A stretch of DNA of 63,896 bases, filler included, from Reclinomonas americana ATCC 50394 (Eukaryota), in assembly GCA_048213135.1 (NCBI GenBank). It is 17 parts of 17 records of this genome, joined end to end, with 100 filler letters (N's around TTAATTAATTAA, not from the genome) between each part and the next. Parts side by side here need not be neighbours in the genome. Positions count along the whole stretch, not along the records: positions 34,695 to 40,240 come from AFZH01020801.1; positions 40,341 to 53,854 come from AFZH01020802.1; 15 more parts are not named here. One strand, 5' to 3'. The notes beneath the pieces are model-generated. The model was not told the DNA's origin and searched no databases. It saw only the letters and a program-made list of their open reading frames with translations. Made by a program: the position numbers and the translations under genes. Positions within the stretch are counted from its first letter, which is position 1; each line of letters starts with the position of its first letter. Below are positions 34,695 through 48,551 of the stretch, piece by piece.

Positions 34695-37600
34695 ACAACC
34701 AACAACACAGCTGCATGATGATCACCTGAATATACATATCGTACCTGTGAAGAAAGGGAGTCTGGCAGTGTTGGGATCGTTATTCTTCAAGTGTACAGCA
34801 ACGCACATTGATTAGCACTCCTCGTCTACGACTTCAGAGAAACCCGAGTTCGAGTAACTCCACTGGAGTCTCGACACTCTATAGACTCTTGTGTCCTCTC
34901 CTTAGTCGGCCGTCAGCCGCCGCCACCACTCTGGCTACTATGGTCTCGACCTCTCGGTCTGCTCGCTGACTACTGCTCCACTGACTACCTCAAAACGATG
35001 CACCCCATCATGACACCCTTAGTCCCGCCATCCAAATCCCACAAAGTAAAGCCGAAAAGCCATGATCACCGTGCAGTCAACCGCACAACCCCTCCGTCAG
35101 GATAACCGTACTCATGCTGCCGACCACCAAGCTCACTCTCGGCACAGCAGGAACCACCCGAGCACGACTGCACGTGGCCAACAAGGAACCCGTCAGCCCA
35201 AGGAACCGTCTCCCATTACACTGATCAACGCTCGTTCCAGAACTCAATCACATGCACCCCCGTCGCGTGTGTTTGAGACGCCACCCACAGACATGATCAA
35301 CAACAGCACGTGCACCGCGCTGCTAAAGACAGACACCGACAGTGGTCACACTGCCTCGATAAGAGCTCGACAAAACCACTGACCACATCCCTCGTCGTGT
35401 CGTCCACTGAGTAACCACAAGAGCATCGCCCTCAGCACGGTCTCAGGCCCGTTGCCACTCTCGTCCACTCGGGAAACCATCACTCAATACAGTACAGCCC
35501 CTTATTCAGCTGTCAGCCACTGTGTCTGTCCCACAAAGTAGCCCGTTCTATTCCCTGACATCTCAATGACGACATGCCAACAAGGTCCTGTCCACCCACA
35601 GAACCCTGGTACGGCAATCGACCAAAACGCACGTGGCCACCCGTCGCACTATGCGTCGAGATGCGCGCTGCTCCTACAGCGTCAACAACCGATCACTAAA
35701 CCCTTCGCGATCGGCCATCAACTCCACCACGCACGGCCGAACACCCTGCCATCGATGCCTAACCGTTGCCGGCTTGACCACGCCGTCGCCAACTCTTAGC
35801 CACTCACACATCCGACTACAAAGTCAAGACAGATCCGGTCAACAGGGCGACGCCTGCGTCAACAACTCACTGCGTACCAAGCGCAAAACCATAACACAAC
35901 CGTTAAACCGACTGCAGCGCTAGCGTAGTCGATTGTTTCGAACCCTCGTTCTCTTCGCCGCGTGCATCACCAAACAGCACTCGCACACCGAGTAAGACAG
36001 GCACCTCGACACATTGAGGCAAAACAACTACCGGTCACCAGCCGATCATCGGTGGCACACTATCACCGTCGCCGAGTGCAGACCAGAACACTGAGAAAAT
36101 TAACTGCACTCTCACACTGCGTCGCTCAGCTTCCACGAGTACTGACCAGCATCAGGTACCATCTCCACAGAGGGCCGCACGCGTCAACTTGCCAGACGCG
36201 CAATCCGTCGCCAACTAGCTCCATCACCAAAGCGGCATCAATTGTCGCGAATCGACTCAAACCACAACCGCACATGGGTCACACGCCACCGTGGACTACC
36301 CGGCGCCGCGTCAAGGTTTGCCCTCCTGGCATTTTCCGCACTCGGCCACCAACGTCACACTGGTTACTCGCTCAGCATTCAATGATGCATACCAACAGTG
36401 CCGCCGAGCCTGCTGCGTGACACAGCCCTCTCCGTCACTCTCAGCGCCGCAGGTGTTTGCGACCGGCGCCGGCAATTCATCGCACCAGCCCTTCGGCCAT
36501 CTCGTTGCTCACGCGCGTCAGTAACGCCCCGCAACACCCATTGGCGACGGCACACAACCATCCCGTCGCACAGTGACGCAGCTGCGCACCAACCGACCAG
36601 CCATCCACCAGCCATCCAACTCGGCCGGTGCCAGTCTCTCTCACACACTCTCTCGACGCTGTCACACAGTCTCCGACCAGACACTTCCAGGTACCAGGAC
36701 GACTGCCTCCCTCACATGACGCATCGACATCTAAAGTGTGTTTGCCCCAGCAAACAAAACCATAATGGAGGCGAGTGCGCACCGCGCGCACCGCACCACT
36801 CACGCCAACCGACGTATATACGTGCACGAAGCTCGGTACAACACCGTCGCGACGACAACAAACGGTCAACAGCAGCCAAATGCTCGACAACAGCAGAGCA
36901 CTGACTACAAAGTGGACGCAAAAGTGACACTGAGCAATGCCGCGCAATCAAAACGGTCCCGTCACTCAGCCAAGCATCGCGTTGCCACCACGCCAACTGT
37001 GGCTCGTCCACAAGTAACACCGCACAGACCGTGCTGTCGTCACTCTCACCCTCACACGAAAACGCTGGCACTGTCAACTGTCATACAGCGAGGACTACAC
37101 GAGCACTCGACGCAAAAACCTCATCCACGAGTCAGGCCCGGACACTCCAGCGGCCACAGACCAAGCCCAAACAAACAAACGCGCGCACGCCGCCGACACC
37201 GCAAGAGGGGGCCCTCCACCACTGGAGGTAACAAAACGTGCACCCGAAAAAACATCGGTGGTGTCAACACAACACTGCTGCTCTATCATAATCCTTCTCA
37301 AAGCTCGCAGCCAGAATGCACGCACTGCGTGAACTGGTTTCTCCGTCGCCAACCGGACATTCGTCGCGTACCGCGAGACACAGTCTCCGCCAGCGATGAT
37401 AGGCGCTGAACGGCACCGCCGAAAAATACAGCCACAAGCAGCCCACGTACAAAACTCTGCACGCGTGGGAAGGTATCACGGTCTGGCCAAGCATCGCCCA
37501 CACACCAGTCCGACAACATGCACGTGCACAAAGTCGACTTCCATTTTAGACATCTCAGTCTCATCAACAGGTTGCCGCCACACGGCAGCAACTGCTGTCC

Positions 37601-39078
37601 ACAGTACAGCCACCGCCGACCGAGGTTGGACGCAACACGGTACATAAATGTCGTCGAAAGTCACAGTGGTCGACCAGCACAAGCACACAACGACAGCCAT
37701 ATTGAGACTCGAGCATCCACCTCGCATTCACCAGCCGACGGTGGACGCTAACAGCGTACCGATCACGCGTCGCAGTCGCTCAGGTTGACCATCAGTAAAC
37801 ACGCCTTCTCGCTCAACGGCGCGGCAGCAACAGGACCTCCAAACACGCCAGCGGCAATCCACACCACACATGGCACACAAATCTGAACATGGCGTCGTGC
37901 GAGCACGCGGTTCAGGCGCACAATGCCGTGGATACTCAAGGAGAAAAACACGCCACCACACACTGCATGACGCTGGCATAATCGGCATAATCCAGATCAC
38001 ACGAACCCACGCGGCCTAAACCCTCCAATCACATTGTGGTTGTTTTGCGAAACCGTCTGTGGCACAGATACCCTGTCGCCACTCACACTTGGTCAAATGA
38101 CATGGTTCAGAGCACCATCGTCCCGGCTCGCAAAAAGAGGCTGCTGGAACACGGAAAAGCGATTGGCAGCCACACACTCCGAAACTCAAGCAATGGGCAC
38201 ATTCTCCACCATATGCATGGCAGTCAGAAAAAACACGCATGTGCGATACGTCGAGGATTTCCACTCAGAGCAACGCACTCTCCGGCTTGCCGCTAATCCT
38301 TCGCGACATCCGAGTCATCCACGACCAATGCCGCCGCCGCGTTCCAGCGTCACACCCAGCTCAAGTTTGCCCAGAGCAAGAACTCCCAGTACTGCCGGTG
38401 CCAGCTACACGCCGGCGCAACGCACATCCAAACACAATCGCTCGACGACAACAACTGTCGAGCTGTGCCACTGCACACGTCGTGTCCTCATAGTTAGCTG
38501 GGTGTGTCCCATAGATCACACCCTCTGCCCGTATCCACGCCGTCGTACATCGAACACTGCCGCTCTCTCTCCACTCGGGAAAAGAGGTACGCAAAAACAT
38601 CGTCGACGGTAACGTAGTCGTACAGATGCCACCTTCCATGTGCCTCCCCACACCGTGCGCAACCAAGCAACTCCACAGGCGGCAGGAGGTCGGTGTCAAT
38701 CCAGCGCAGGGCTACCGCAGGCAACGATTACTCAAAACACATCGTCACCCTCAACAGTGAAAAACTAGCAGCCCAAACGATCTTCTCCCAGAGGCTGGGA
38801 TCTCCAACGACCAATGTCAAAATCAATGCTGCTGTGCTCCGACACCGCAATGATGCATGCGCATTCCCAGCGCGCAGTGACGAGCAAATGTGGGGAAGAA
38901 ATTTAAACTGCCATCCAGGTTCCTCCTCCGATGAGGCAGCTTGACCTCTCCTCCCCGAGTACGTCAATTAATTGCAAGCACAAAAAGCTCCTTTACATGG
39001 GTGCCATCACGGTTCCTCCTCCAATGAGGCGGCTCGACTCCTCCTCCGCCGAGTACATCAATCACAAGAAAGTCCTCC
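34695..39078. pseudogene. Unidentified decayed coding-like/intronless DNA (host of the transposon insertion; continues at 53245-53854)
   Basis: It lacks microsatellites and has a strong C/A (+) versus G/T (-) strand skew. Only short broken ORFs are present. The same ~55-bp repeat occurs on both sides of the transposon. Confidence 0.35.
38908..39060. repeat. Two copies of a ~55-bp repeat; a third copy is at 53268-53315
   Basis: TGCCATC..GGTTCCTCCTCC(G/A)ATGAGGC(A/G)GCT..AC.CC.CC occurs at ~38909, ~39002 and ~53268. Confidence 0.9.
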
Positions 39079-39102
39079 GGACCCCGGAAGACCGCGACCC
39101 AG
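39079..39102 (+). repeat. Left terminal inverted repeat
   Basis: 24/24 match to the reverse complement of 53221-53244. Confidence 0.95.
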
Positions 39103-41088
39103 GATCCCACGCTCATTTGGCGGATTCTGCCGGAAAATGCCCGGATTTCCCCCGTCCTGGATTCAGTTGTCGCAGTGTGCTCAGTGAGCAAACTCCCACC
39201 TCTCTCCTCTCCCGTGGAGTGGCGCGACCTCTGAAGTGCACCACCTTGGAGAACTCACTGTTGCGCACCAGGTGCGCGCGCTGTGGTTCCCTCTGGCAGT
39301 GTGTTTTGTGGTGCATTGCCATTTTTGGTCATCTCCAGGGGGCATTTGCCGTGCATGCTCGACGCACAGTCGCTTGTTTGCCCTCCTTTACAGCAGAGTG
39401 TGTGTGGGAGTTTATGTTCCACCCAGTGAACCGCGAACACAGGCGTGTGGTGTTGTGCTTCTCGAGTTCTTTGATGTGCAGTTGCATTGTCGGACTTAGT
39501 CGTTTTTTCGCTCATCTGCTGAACGCAAGAGAGGGAGAGGCCAGAGGTTAAGTGCGACGCAATCCGGTGGTGTCACGAAGGTTTCTGTGCCAAAGAGTGC
39601 GGAATCCCTCGTGATTTCATGTAATCCGCTTACATCCAGTTGGACACCAGGGATTACGCACCTCGCTTTCAGAATCCGAGGGATTCCGCCGTGTGCGGAG
39701 CGCGCCGCAGCAGCCCGTACTACCGGCCGCCTACCACCACCACCGCACACCACACGCCCCGCATTTGTTTGTGCCAACGAGTCATGCATTCATTCATTGA
39801 CATTCAATACTCTCTGCATGCTGGGGCGCAGGCGCAAGCAGCACACGGTGGCCGCCATGTCCACGTTGGACGTGTATAGGCGCCCTCGTGCTGGCGTTGC
39901 TACGACAGCCTGGGCACACTTGCCGTGCCCGCGCGCAGCGAGAATCGTGGAACAGGCCGACCATGGTCGCCGCTCAATCTCAGCGACGGCAGAAGCCGAT
40001 CGATTGCGCACGGCCAGGTGGGAAGAAGTCATTCTGTACGAATCGTATGAGCAAATTAGTTCAGCAACAGTGTACCGTGCGAGCTCATCCTCACGCGCAT
40101 GTACAAGTAGCCAAGCACATAGAGCGACAGATAGAAGAGAGAACACACACCCACACAGGCTGCGACACACAGCAAGAGACGACGAGACAGGCAGCATACC
40201 CAACCACCCACGCAGGCTGCGACACGAGACAGACAGCATANNNNNNNNNNNNNNNNNNNNNNNNNNNNNNNNNNNNNNNNNNNNTTAATTAATTAANNNN
40301 NNNNNNNNNNNNNNNNNNNNNNNNNNNNNNNNNNNNNNNNGAGAGAGAGAGAGAGAGAGAGAAGAGACGACGAGACGACGGTATCGCGTGCAGGAGAGCG
40401 ATCACAACACACAATAACGCAACATCAACTGTGGGCCTTGTCCATCCTCGAATGCAGTCACGCCCAGCTGCAGGGCATCCACCGGTGCCAGCCAGCTGCA
40501 TGCGCAGAGAACCCCTGCAGTAGAGGAGCACACCATGAGAGTTGCATCGACTGCTGTCCCAATGCGTTGGCACGTGATTTGACATCGACTTACCCACATC
40601 ATCAGCTTCGCCTGGCGCAGCTGCAGAGAAGGGGCGACAAAGCAATGTGTCAGTGTTGGCGCCAACTCCACACACAAACATGCATTTCACTGCGCGCGAA
40701 CATCAAAACCTCTGCACCCCTTCTCCTGCAGTGCACAACCACACACACACAGAGTTGCAATCACACATGCACACGCGTATGCTCACCTGCAGAGAATGCA
40801 GCCTCCGTGCGAGCCACAGGTGCCATCTGCGCCTTGCATATGTGCACGCGCGTCAGTTGGAGTCGCGTTTCTGCGTGCAGATCGAAGACACAGCAACAAG
40901 CTCACGCACTCGCAGCCGGTACCACGAGTGTCGCTTTCACACCACGCTCACAGGCCGAGCGCGCTCGATGCTTCCGGCCACATGGGTCGCGCGCGTGATG
41001 CTTTCTCACAAAGCACAAACAAGAAGCGGATATCCGACGCGAGCGGAGTGCGACAGACGGATCTGTCACCAGTGTTTGTCCCTCCTCA

Positions 41089-42115
41089 ATGAGCTCCAGC
41101 GAGAGTGGTGCCGAGTCGCCCAGTGAGTGCCGTTGCAGTGCGTGTGCGGAGCAAGCACACACGCATCGTCGACCGCGAGAAGTGAAGTATGCGGGGGAGC
41201 TGTGGACAGAGCTGGCGTACGTCAAACACGTACTAGGTGCACACACTTGTCTGTGAGGGAGTGTGCGAGTCTCCTCTCAACCTTTCTGTCGACTGCATAG
41301 GTCAGCAAGTGATGTGCCTCGAGGATGCGTACTCAACGAGCGCTTCATCCGCACTCTCTGGCGCTACTACGGCTTTCACGGCACGGGAAGAACGCTCGAT
41401 TCGGCTGATTTGCCAGTCGGAGATGGATACCTTCTCTCGCACACACCGACCCCGCGCCTCACTGCATAATCTGCCGAGTGCCAGCATCGGTTCGTACCCG
41501 CTGCGTGTGCAGTGACCGTGAAGTTATCTGACCAACGAGGCGTGGTCATTATTGCAGATGCAAGTGTGCAGACAGTAGAGACTGAGAGCTTCGCGTCGCC
41601 CCCCGCACCTCCACCCTCCAGACCAACCTGCTCGAATCGGCTGCTCCTCCGAGATCTCACTGGCCTCAAGTCTGGTGTCGTCAGTGTGCGTTGCGTGTGA
41701 TTCCAAGTGTGCCCCTCACACGAATTTGGCAATAACAAGCGTGCAGGTGGCGACGGCAGCAGCGCTTTGTGAGGCGCTGAGCGCCGATGTTGCCTTTGGA
41801 GCCACCACGAAATCTGGTGTGCACCACCTGCAGTTGCTGCGGGAGTCCAGAAGCAGAGTTGTCGACTGTCTCCGCCTCGCTCTCCAACGATGTGGTGCTG
41901 CTTCGAGTCGCGATTTGACGGACGATGTTCTCTTCCAGCACGCGAACGAGACGCTCGTCAACCGCCGCCGTGAGCTCTCCGCTCAAGTACGAGCAGCCGA
42001 GAAGCAGGGCCTGCCTCTCAGCGACGTCAGACGTCGTTTCATTGCTCACTGGCAGAGTGTCGCCGCGAAGCATACTCGGCCTCAGCCGGCGATTGTACGA
42101 TCTCCAAATGAATGA
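41089..42115 (+). CDS. Transposon accessory protein A (spliced; C-terminal helical, possibly BEN-like domain)
   Basis: In-frame exons: MSSSESGAES...YVKHVL | GQQVMCLE...PSASI | DASVQT...KSGVVS | VATAAALCEAL...LTDDVLFQHANETLVNRRRELSAQVRAAEKQG...HW...stop. The start codon is uncertain. Confidence 0.6.
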
Positions 42116-42623
42116 TGGCTGCACTGAGAATCGTGTCTTCCTTTGAGTCACAGTGGCAAGTTAGTGTTGGTCGCTGATTGACGCTGAGCCACTGATGGGA
42201 AATGATTAATCAGTGGGTTTTTGCGGTTGGCCGGTCGAGTGGAAAATTTCTGGAATGTATTCCTCCGCAGCTCCTCTCCCACTTGCACTACGACCCCAAG
42301 CAAGCATGCTCCCCACTCAGTGAGACATGCGGTTTCCAGCGCACTTCGCCTTTTTCTTTGTGCCCTTCAGGATCACGAAACAGGGTCGAAGAAATGCTTT
42401 GGCCGACTTTGAGTGCAAACTCCAAGCAAATTGACTCAGATTCTGCGGCTGGAGCACGTTTCACGTCGTTTTTGTCACGAAACGACATGAGAATACGTCA
42501 GTACCGACCTTAACTTGTTGCAGGAATGAAGCATCACGCAAGGCCCTTGAAGATGTCGCGGAAACGGACACAGCGATCAATAACAGCTTTTTTTGTCATG
42601 AACTGATATCATGATGCTTTCAT

Positions 42624-45600
42624 TCAGTGGTCCACACATTTACACGCCTCAACAAGACACACGTAATGGGCGGTGCCTGCACCCGCGATGCTGGACGTGT
42701 CTGCACCGAAGCCCCAACCATACAAGTCGCACTGATACGATGCGGGCTCATCGAATTTTTTGATAATGTCGGAAACTTGTCGCGGAGGTCGGCGGCGTTG
42801 TTCATTTGCGTTCTCTTTTTCAGAGAGAGCCCACCGATAAACCTGTTGTACAAACAGCCATTAGTGTGCACGCGCGAACGATGACGAGACCCACAAGACG
42901 CATATCAAGGGAGTTTCGATCGGTCTGCTCCCCTCTGATCGCACACACAAACTCACATCCTCCAGCTTCTTTGTTCGGAAAAAGAAGTCGTCGAGGCTCA
43001 AGGTGGCAGCCGCGGCATTGCCTGTGAGCACTAGAATTCGGAGTGCGCGATGCGCATGGCAGTGAGTGATGGCGTAACATGACAATCAACAAGGCAACAG
43101 CGACGCACAGCCAGCCAGCAAGTCCGGTCGACGTGGGTGCACGATGCAAGCAGGCGAGCTGAGCGGAAACAGTAAACAGTGCCGCCGGATGAGCGACAGA
43201 GGAATAGCGATGCGCAGTGGACGTTGACTGCCACAAAAGTTGGGCGAAGTACTAGTGGGTGGCACGCGAGCGGGGTGAATGTCATAATAGACACCGACGC
43301 CTAGGCGCTCAGCAAGTGCTGCGGCGATGCGGTCGGGATCACGATCACCCGGCTCGCCGACGGCGCACTGGTGGAACTCGACGATGGCGTAGCAGTTGAC
43401 GAGTGCAACCACGGACTTGCCCTTTTTCGTTCCACGCACCACCGCGCACGAGTCAGCGAGAAGTGGGAACTCCCTCGCCGCTGCCAGTGTGTCGTCGAAG
43501 CGGTTCTGGTCAAGCTTCCCGTCAACCTCAAAACGCAGTGGCAGTGCAACCAGCGAAAGCACTTGTGCGGGACCAACTCGCCTCGTCAGGGGGTTGACAG
43601 CCATGACGGAGGAGTTGTTAATCCTCGAAGGTCGCAGCCCAGCATCAGGAGCACCGGCATCCAGTGGTGAGACTGAGAGCTGCTCAAAACCGCAGCCCGC
43701 AAGCGCACTCCTGCCTCGGCTGATTGGCACCGACAGTTTCATCCGCCGAACAAGGAGAGCACGCACTGGGTGCAAAGCGTGTGACTCCTTGAGGCGGTGG
43801 AGGATGCCTTCGCGATAGGTGTCCAGATTTCTCTGCACCACCGGCGCAAAATGCCGACAGGTGGCATCGGCAATGAGGCGGAGAACCTCGACGCCCTCGG
43901 CCGTCGCTCCGTCGGCCTGCCCTTCCGCACCGGAAAGGACAACTGAGGAGCGGAGAAACGTGGAATGCAGTGGCTCCACTGAACCCGGAATCGTGACCGA
44001 GACACGAGGCAGCAGCGCGACGGCGTGCTCTATCAAGGAGCAACCGCCGGGATCGCGAATGGCACTCGACAGTGGGTGTGCGTTGGCGCAGAACAGGGAC
44101 ACCAGCGACTGCCAACTGTCTCGAAACTCCGGCGACTCGGCAGCTGGCGATCGGTAATCACCGTCACCGTCGTCTACGCCAAGTGGCTGCAGTTGACCAA
44201 ACGCGTTCACCGTGGCCTGCTCGTCAGCCAGCTGACGCACGGCGGTGATGATGTTCGAATACACAGCACTTTCAATCTGGCGGAACTGTGCTGCCGACAG
44301 ATCCGAGCGGCTGGAAGCCACAGTGTCGATTTCGCGGCGGACGGTGGTGTTGGCAGAGATCAGGAGCGCGCCGTATGTGGCCATGCACCGACGAACAACC
44401 AGCCACTCTGGCAGGCGAGTGGAGCGGATACCGCGCATGAGCGTGCCGTAGACTGACTCGGCACTCCATGTGGAGCACGATTTCGCACTGCCGAACAACC
44501 GCACGGCTGAGGAAATGTCGTGCAGTCGCTCGTGAATGCAGTATGCGACGTTGGCTGGCAGAGAAAAACAACACGGTGAGAGAGGGAGAGGATGAGTCAT
44601 CAGCAGTGGAACGACAGACGGGACGGTGCGTGTGCGAGCCTTGAAACATACCTGAGCCTGTCAATCGTTCAAACTCGGCGACAATGTCGTGGATGTCAGC
44701 CTCCAGCTCGCCAAGCTGGGAGCGGCGAACGACTGCCGAGTTGACTGTCTTGCACCAGCGCGCGTACCGCCAAATAAGCGATATGATTGCTGGCTGCGCA
44801 ATATCTGCGGTCAACATGCTGATGATTTCGTACAGCGCGAACCTCGTGTCAGACGCTGTAAGTCACAGGCGATGAGCGTTGTGTACACCGAATTTGCAAA
44901 CACAAAGCACACTGTACCTTTCCGCAGTGCCATGTGGCATTTGGCATCTACCGATGGCAGATACTGCGCGATGCAACCGGGCGCAATGAGGGATTGCAGT
45001 CGGTCGCCAACTCGAGCTGCGTCCTTGTCGCTCAAGAGAAAGCCTACTCGGTTCAACGGCCAGTCGTCCGGATCCGCGACAACTGGAACCTTGTCGATGA
45101 CATGCGACGGCGGATCTGGAACGACCTCTTGACGGTCGTTCTCATCAGCTGAGAACGCAAAACCGACCAGTTCGTCTCGCAGAGGTGCGGCGGCGGCACT
45201 CCACGGCGACTCGTCAGCGGCCGCCACCAGCGAAACATCTTCATCGTCTGTCGACTCAGAGCCACTCTCCTCCGACGATCGCGATGACTCTGTGTCGGTG
45301 CTGTCCTCGTCTTCGACAGAGTCTGCGGCAGCGCTGCGTGGAGTAGTCGTGTCCGTACTGGATCCAGCTGCAGTTGAGCCGTGGTCGTCACCAGCACGAC
45401 TGATCGTCCTCTTGCTTTTCTTCTTCGTCTTCTTCTTCTTCTTCTTCGATCGCTTATCCCGCTTGCGATCAAACAGGGCGCTGAGCAGCTTAGAACCGGC
45501 GCCGATCACTGCGCCATGCATCTCCTCGGTGGGGAATGATTGTGTGAGATCGACCGATCGCAATTTCAAGAACCTGCGTGACAAGAAAGGACCAATCGTG

Positions 45601-48551
45601 AGCCTCTCGCAAAGACTGCGGTACTCAAGTCACCACAGCGAGGGAATCAGAACGCACTCGTTGCTTGACTTTGCCATAAAGGTCTCGTTTTGCGGCAGAT
45701 TGTTGAAGTCTGCCAGGGTGATCATTCCCTCCTCCAGGCGACGACGGTGTGCCATTGAGAGCAGGACGTCAGCTTCTGTTCGCAACTTGCCCACTCCACG
45801 GTATGTTGTGGTGCCAGTCGCGTGCATGTGCTCTCCCTGCACGTCGCAGTACATGCAGCCATTCAACGCAGGAACCTGTCAGATGAGCAAATGCAGGAGT
45901 GAGTCAACTGATGAGCGACTGCTCGTGCAGTGCATTTGTGGGACTTGTCTTCTTGTTCTCACCTGTTTGATACCGAGCATCTGAGCACTGCATACGATAT
46001 AAGAGAGTGAGCATATATGTAACTAATGGAGCAAACATGCAGAGTCAAAAACGAACCGTGCTCGCCCGTCACCGGTGATCAACAACAGGTCGAGAGACCA
46101 CTCTGCAAGACGAAAGCCTGGATGGCTTGCGCAAAAGGAGGCCAGATCCCGGCGAAGCCGAGAGATGTCGTCGTTGCAGACGGCGGGTGGCTGATACGGT
46201 GGCTGATCCAAATCACCCACTGACTCGGGTTCCACGAACACGGACTCTGCGAGGTAACAGGTTAGCTCTATTATGAAGTTGCTGCCAGACAAACAAACAA
46301 CTATGATCGACTCACTGTACTGGAGGCAGGCCAGTTCGTCGATCACTGGCTTGAGCGCGACATTCAGGTCGCGCATGTGGCCTTGAGTGATCAACACAGG
46401 CAGAAACAGGCCAGGAAGTTTTGCCAGAGTTGGGTGGATTCCAGGGAAGAAAATCGACCCGACGCCGATAGAGTGTGACTTGCGCTTGCCGTAAGGGTTC
46501 ACGCCATCAAAGGTGAATCCCAAAGGCACTGATCTGTTGTCGCGAAAGAACCCAGCAGACTGAAGAGAACGGTATCTGTCGCCGTCGAAGATGCTGGACA
46601 TGCGGTCAGCAGCCGGATCGTCTCGCAGATCGGGCGGCGGCGGTTGTGTCTGCCGGTTGACGAACAGTGGGGCGAGGGTCTCTTGCATAAGCAGGCCTTG
46701 GAATGCTGCGGCCACCGAAAGTGTCCAGAAGCGGAATCGGGGAGCGACACGCGATTGGTCACCCACCGCTTCAAAGAGCGGAGCTCGACAGCGTGGATCC
46801 GGGCACTTGCCACTGGGTCCCGCTGCCAGGTCCTCCCAGCTGCACTCGTCTGCATCGAGTGACACCAGCGATTCGACGCAGTTGCATACACAGCACGCCG
46901 TCCACGTCGACAGCGGCGGGAAGCAGGCCTTCACAAGGCCATACAACCCCTTCGTGCTCGCCGGGATCACGTTGAGCGCTTCACCGCCTGGCACGAATCT
47001 GAGAATGTTGCACACCTTCTGGAAGCCTGTCTCGTGAATGCCGCCGCCGTGCAGTTCTTTCAGGATAAGAAGCGCAACAGCAACAGGAGGCAGGCCGGCG
47101 CTGCATGCGGAGTCGGCAACATCAGCGTCAGCAGCAGAAAGTATCTGCCGGGAACGTGAAGCCGCTCCACGCTCCGCTCGCCGGCCGTGATCATCCAGGA
47201 CTCCGTGCACGGCTCTCGCCATTCTCGCGACTGTGCGCTGAACTGTGGAGCAAGTCGACCAAAAAGTAGCGGCTGGTGAGTTTCAACGCGTCACATCGTT
47301 AGCGCCGACCATTGTCTGCATTGTGACACACCGTCAACGGCCATTTTTGGTGGGACGACCGAGCAGCTGTGTTGCTGTCGACGATGCTCGTGGCTGTCGA
47401 TTTCCATGTCAGCACCTCCTTCCCACAATTGATCCACAGCGACGTTGGCGTCATCTTGCTTCTGTGACGCAGCTCCATTGGCACCAGCTGCGCGAGAAAG
47501 AAGTCAGTCAATGTACCCATCAAAAGATCAACAGTCGGCAGATTCACTCACGGTTATCCCACCAATTTTTGAAGCGCCGGTAAGCAGGCGCGCTTGTCCG
47601 TTCACCAACAAGCCGCAGCGCATCAGCAAGTGTAATCTCGCCTTGCATGTGCTCGAAGAGGTGAATCTCCCACTCGTCGCTCTTCGCAGGATTCTCGTCG
47701 TCCACCAATAAAGAGGCACCGCACTCCGGAAACGGACACGACATAAACCTCCCACCACGACTGCGAGATCGAGCGAAAGCTGCCTTGGTAAGCGGCGCAG
47801 GATGCACCTCTCGTTCTGCACTCCATCGTATGCCGTGAGACTGCAGCGCAAGAGGGAGAATACAATGCCAGGACGCGACATGGGCACTCACCGTCACTAC
47901 CTGCTGCGTTTTGCAAGCGAGCAAGCGAATCAATGCGGCCAGCAACTCGTTCAGCGTCGCGTGCATCACGCTCAGACTCCAGGTGGTGGTGTTCGTCGTC
48001 AGATCGTGGCCTTTTTTGTCTCAGCCGTGCCAGGGCAGATTCGAGAGACTGAGCGGGGAAGGCATGCGTCCACCTCCCTCTCTTGAAGCCGTGGTCAGAT
48101 GAAGACCGAGAACGCGCCGCATGCTTGCCACCTCGAGAGCGTCGTCCAAAGGCCGCGTATCTCACGGCGGCGTCGGCTTGCGCTGCATCGCGCTCTTCGG
48201 CTTCTCTCGTCAATTCTATACACGGGGTGAACTGCAGTCGTCAGTGCAATCGACGTAGGATTCAGCACACATATGCACACGCACACGTGTACACACACGC
48301 TCTCTCTCTCTCTCTCTCTCTTTCTCGTACTCACGTGTCGCAAACTCCGGGTTTGCGAATGAGTGATCCACGGATTGTGATCGACCACCTGGTGACGGTG
48401 CCGGACGTTGCGCCAGCCGTCGGCGGGGACGCCGAAAGTCACCGCTCTCGTCCTCTTCACTCTCCGCGTCACTGGACGCGAATGGCTGGCCAGGGAGGCG
48501 GCTTTCACCTGCACGATCACGGTGATCATGAGAGTCATGTTCGTAGGTCAT
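42624..48551 (-). CDS. CMC/EnSpm-type DDE transposase (Transposase_21-like), multi-exon
   Basis: Motifs: CPFPEC..HLFEH (zinc-finger-like), CCVCNC..CPDPRC, MSSIFDGDRY, LGFTFDGVNPY, LKPVIDELACL, ITGDGRAR, GCMYC (C2C), EEMHGAVIG (MH), HERLHD (H3H) and FGSAKSCSTWSAESVYG (catalytic E). These match the CMC signature string. The 5' exons and the last two exons (43021-42624) are inferred from splice phase. Confidence 0.9.

Noticed and set aside
38150..38200. IGSHTLR resembling a tyrosine recombinase HxLR motif
   Set aside because: It is an isolated short match without the other catalytic residues in a consistent frame.
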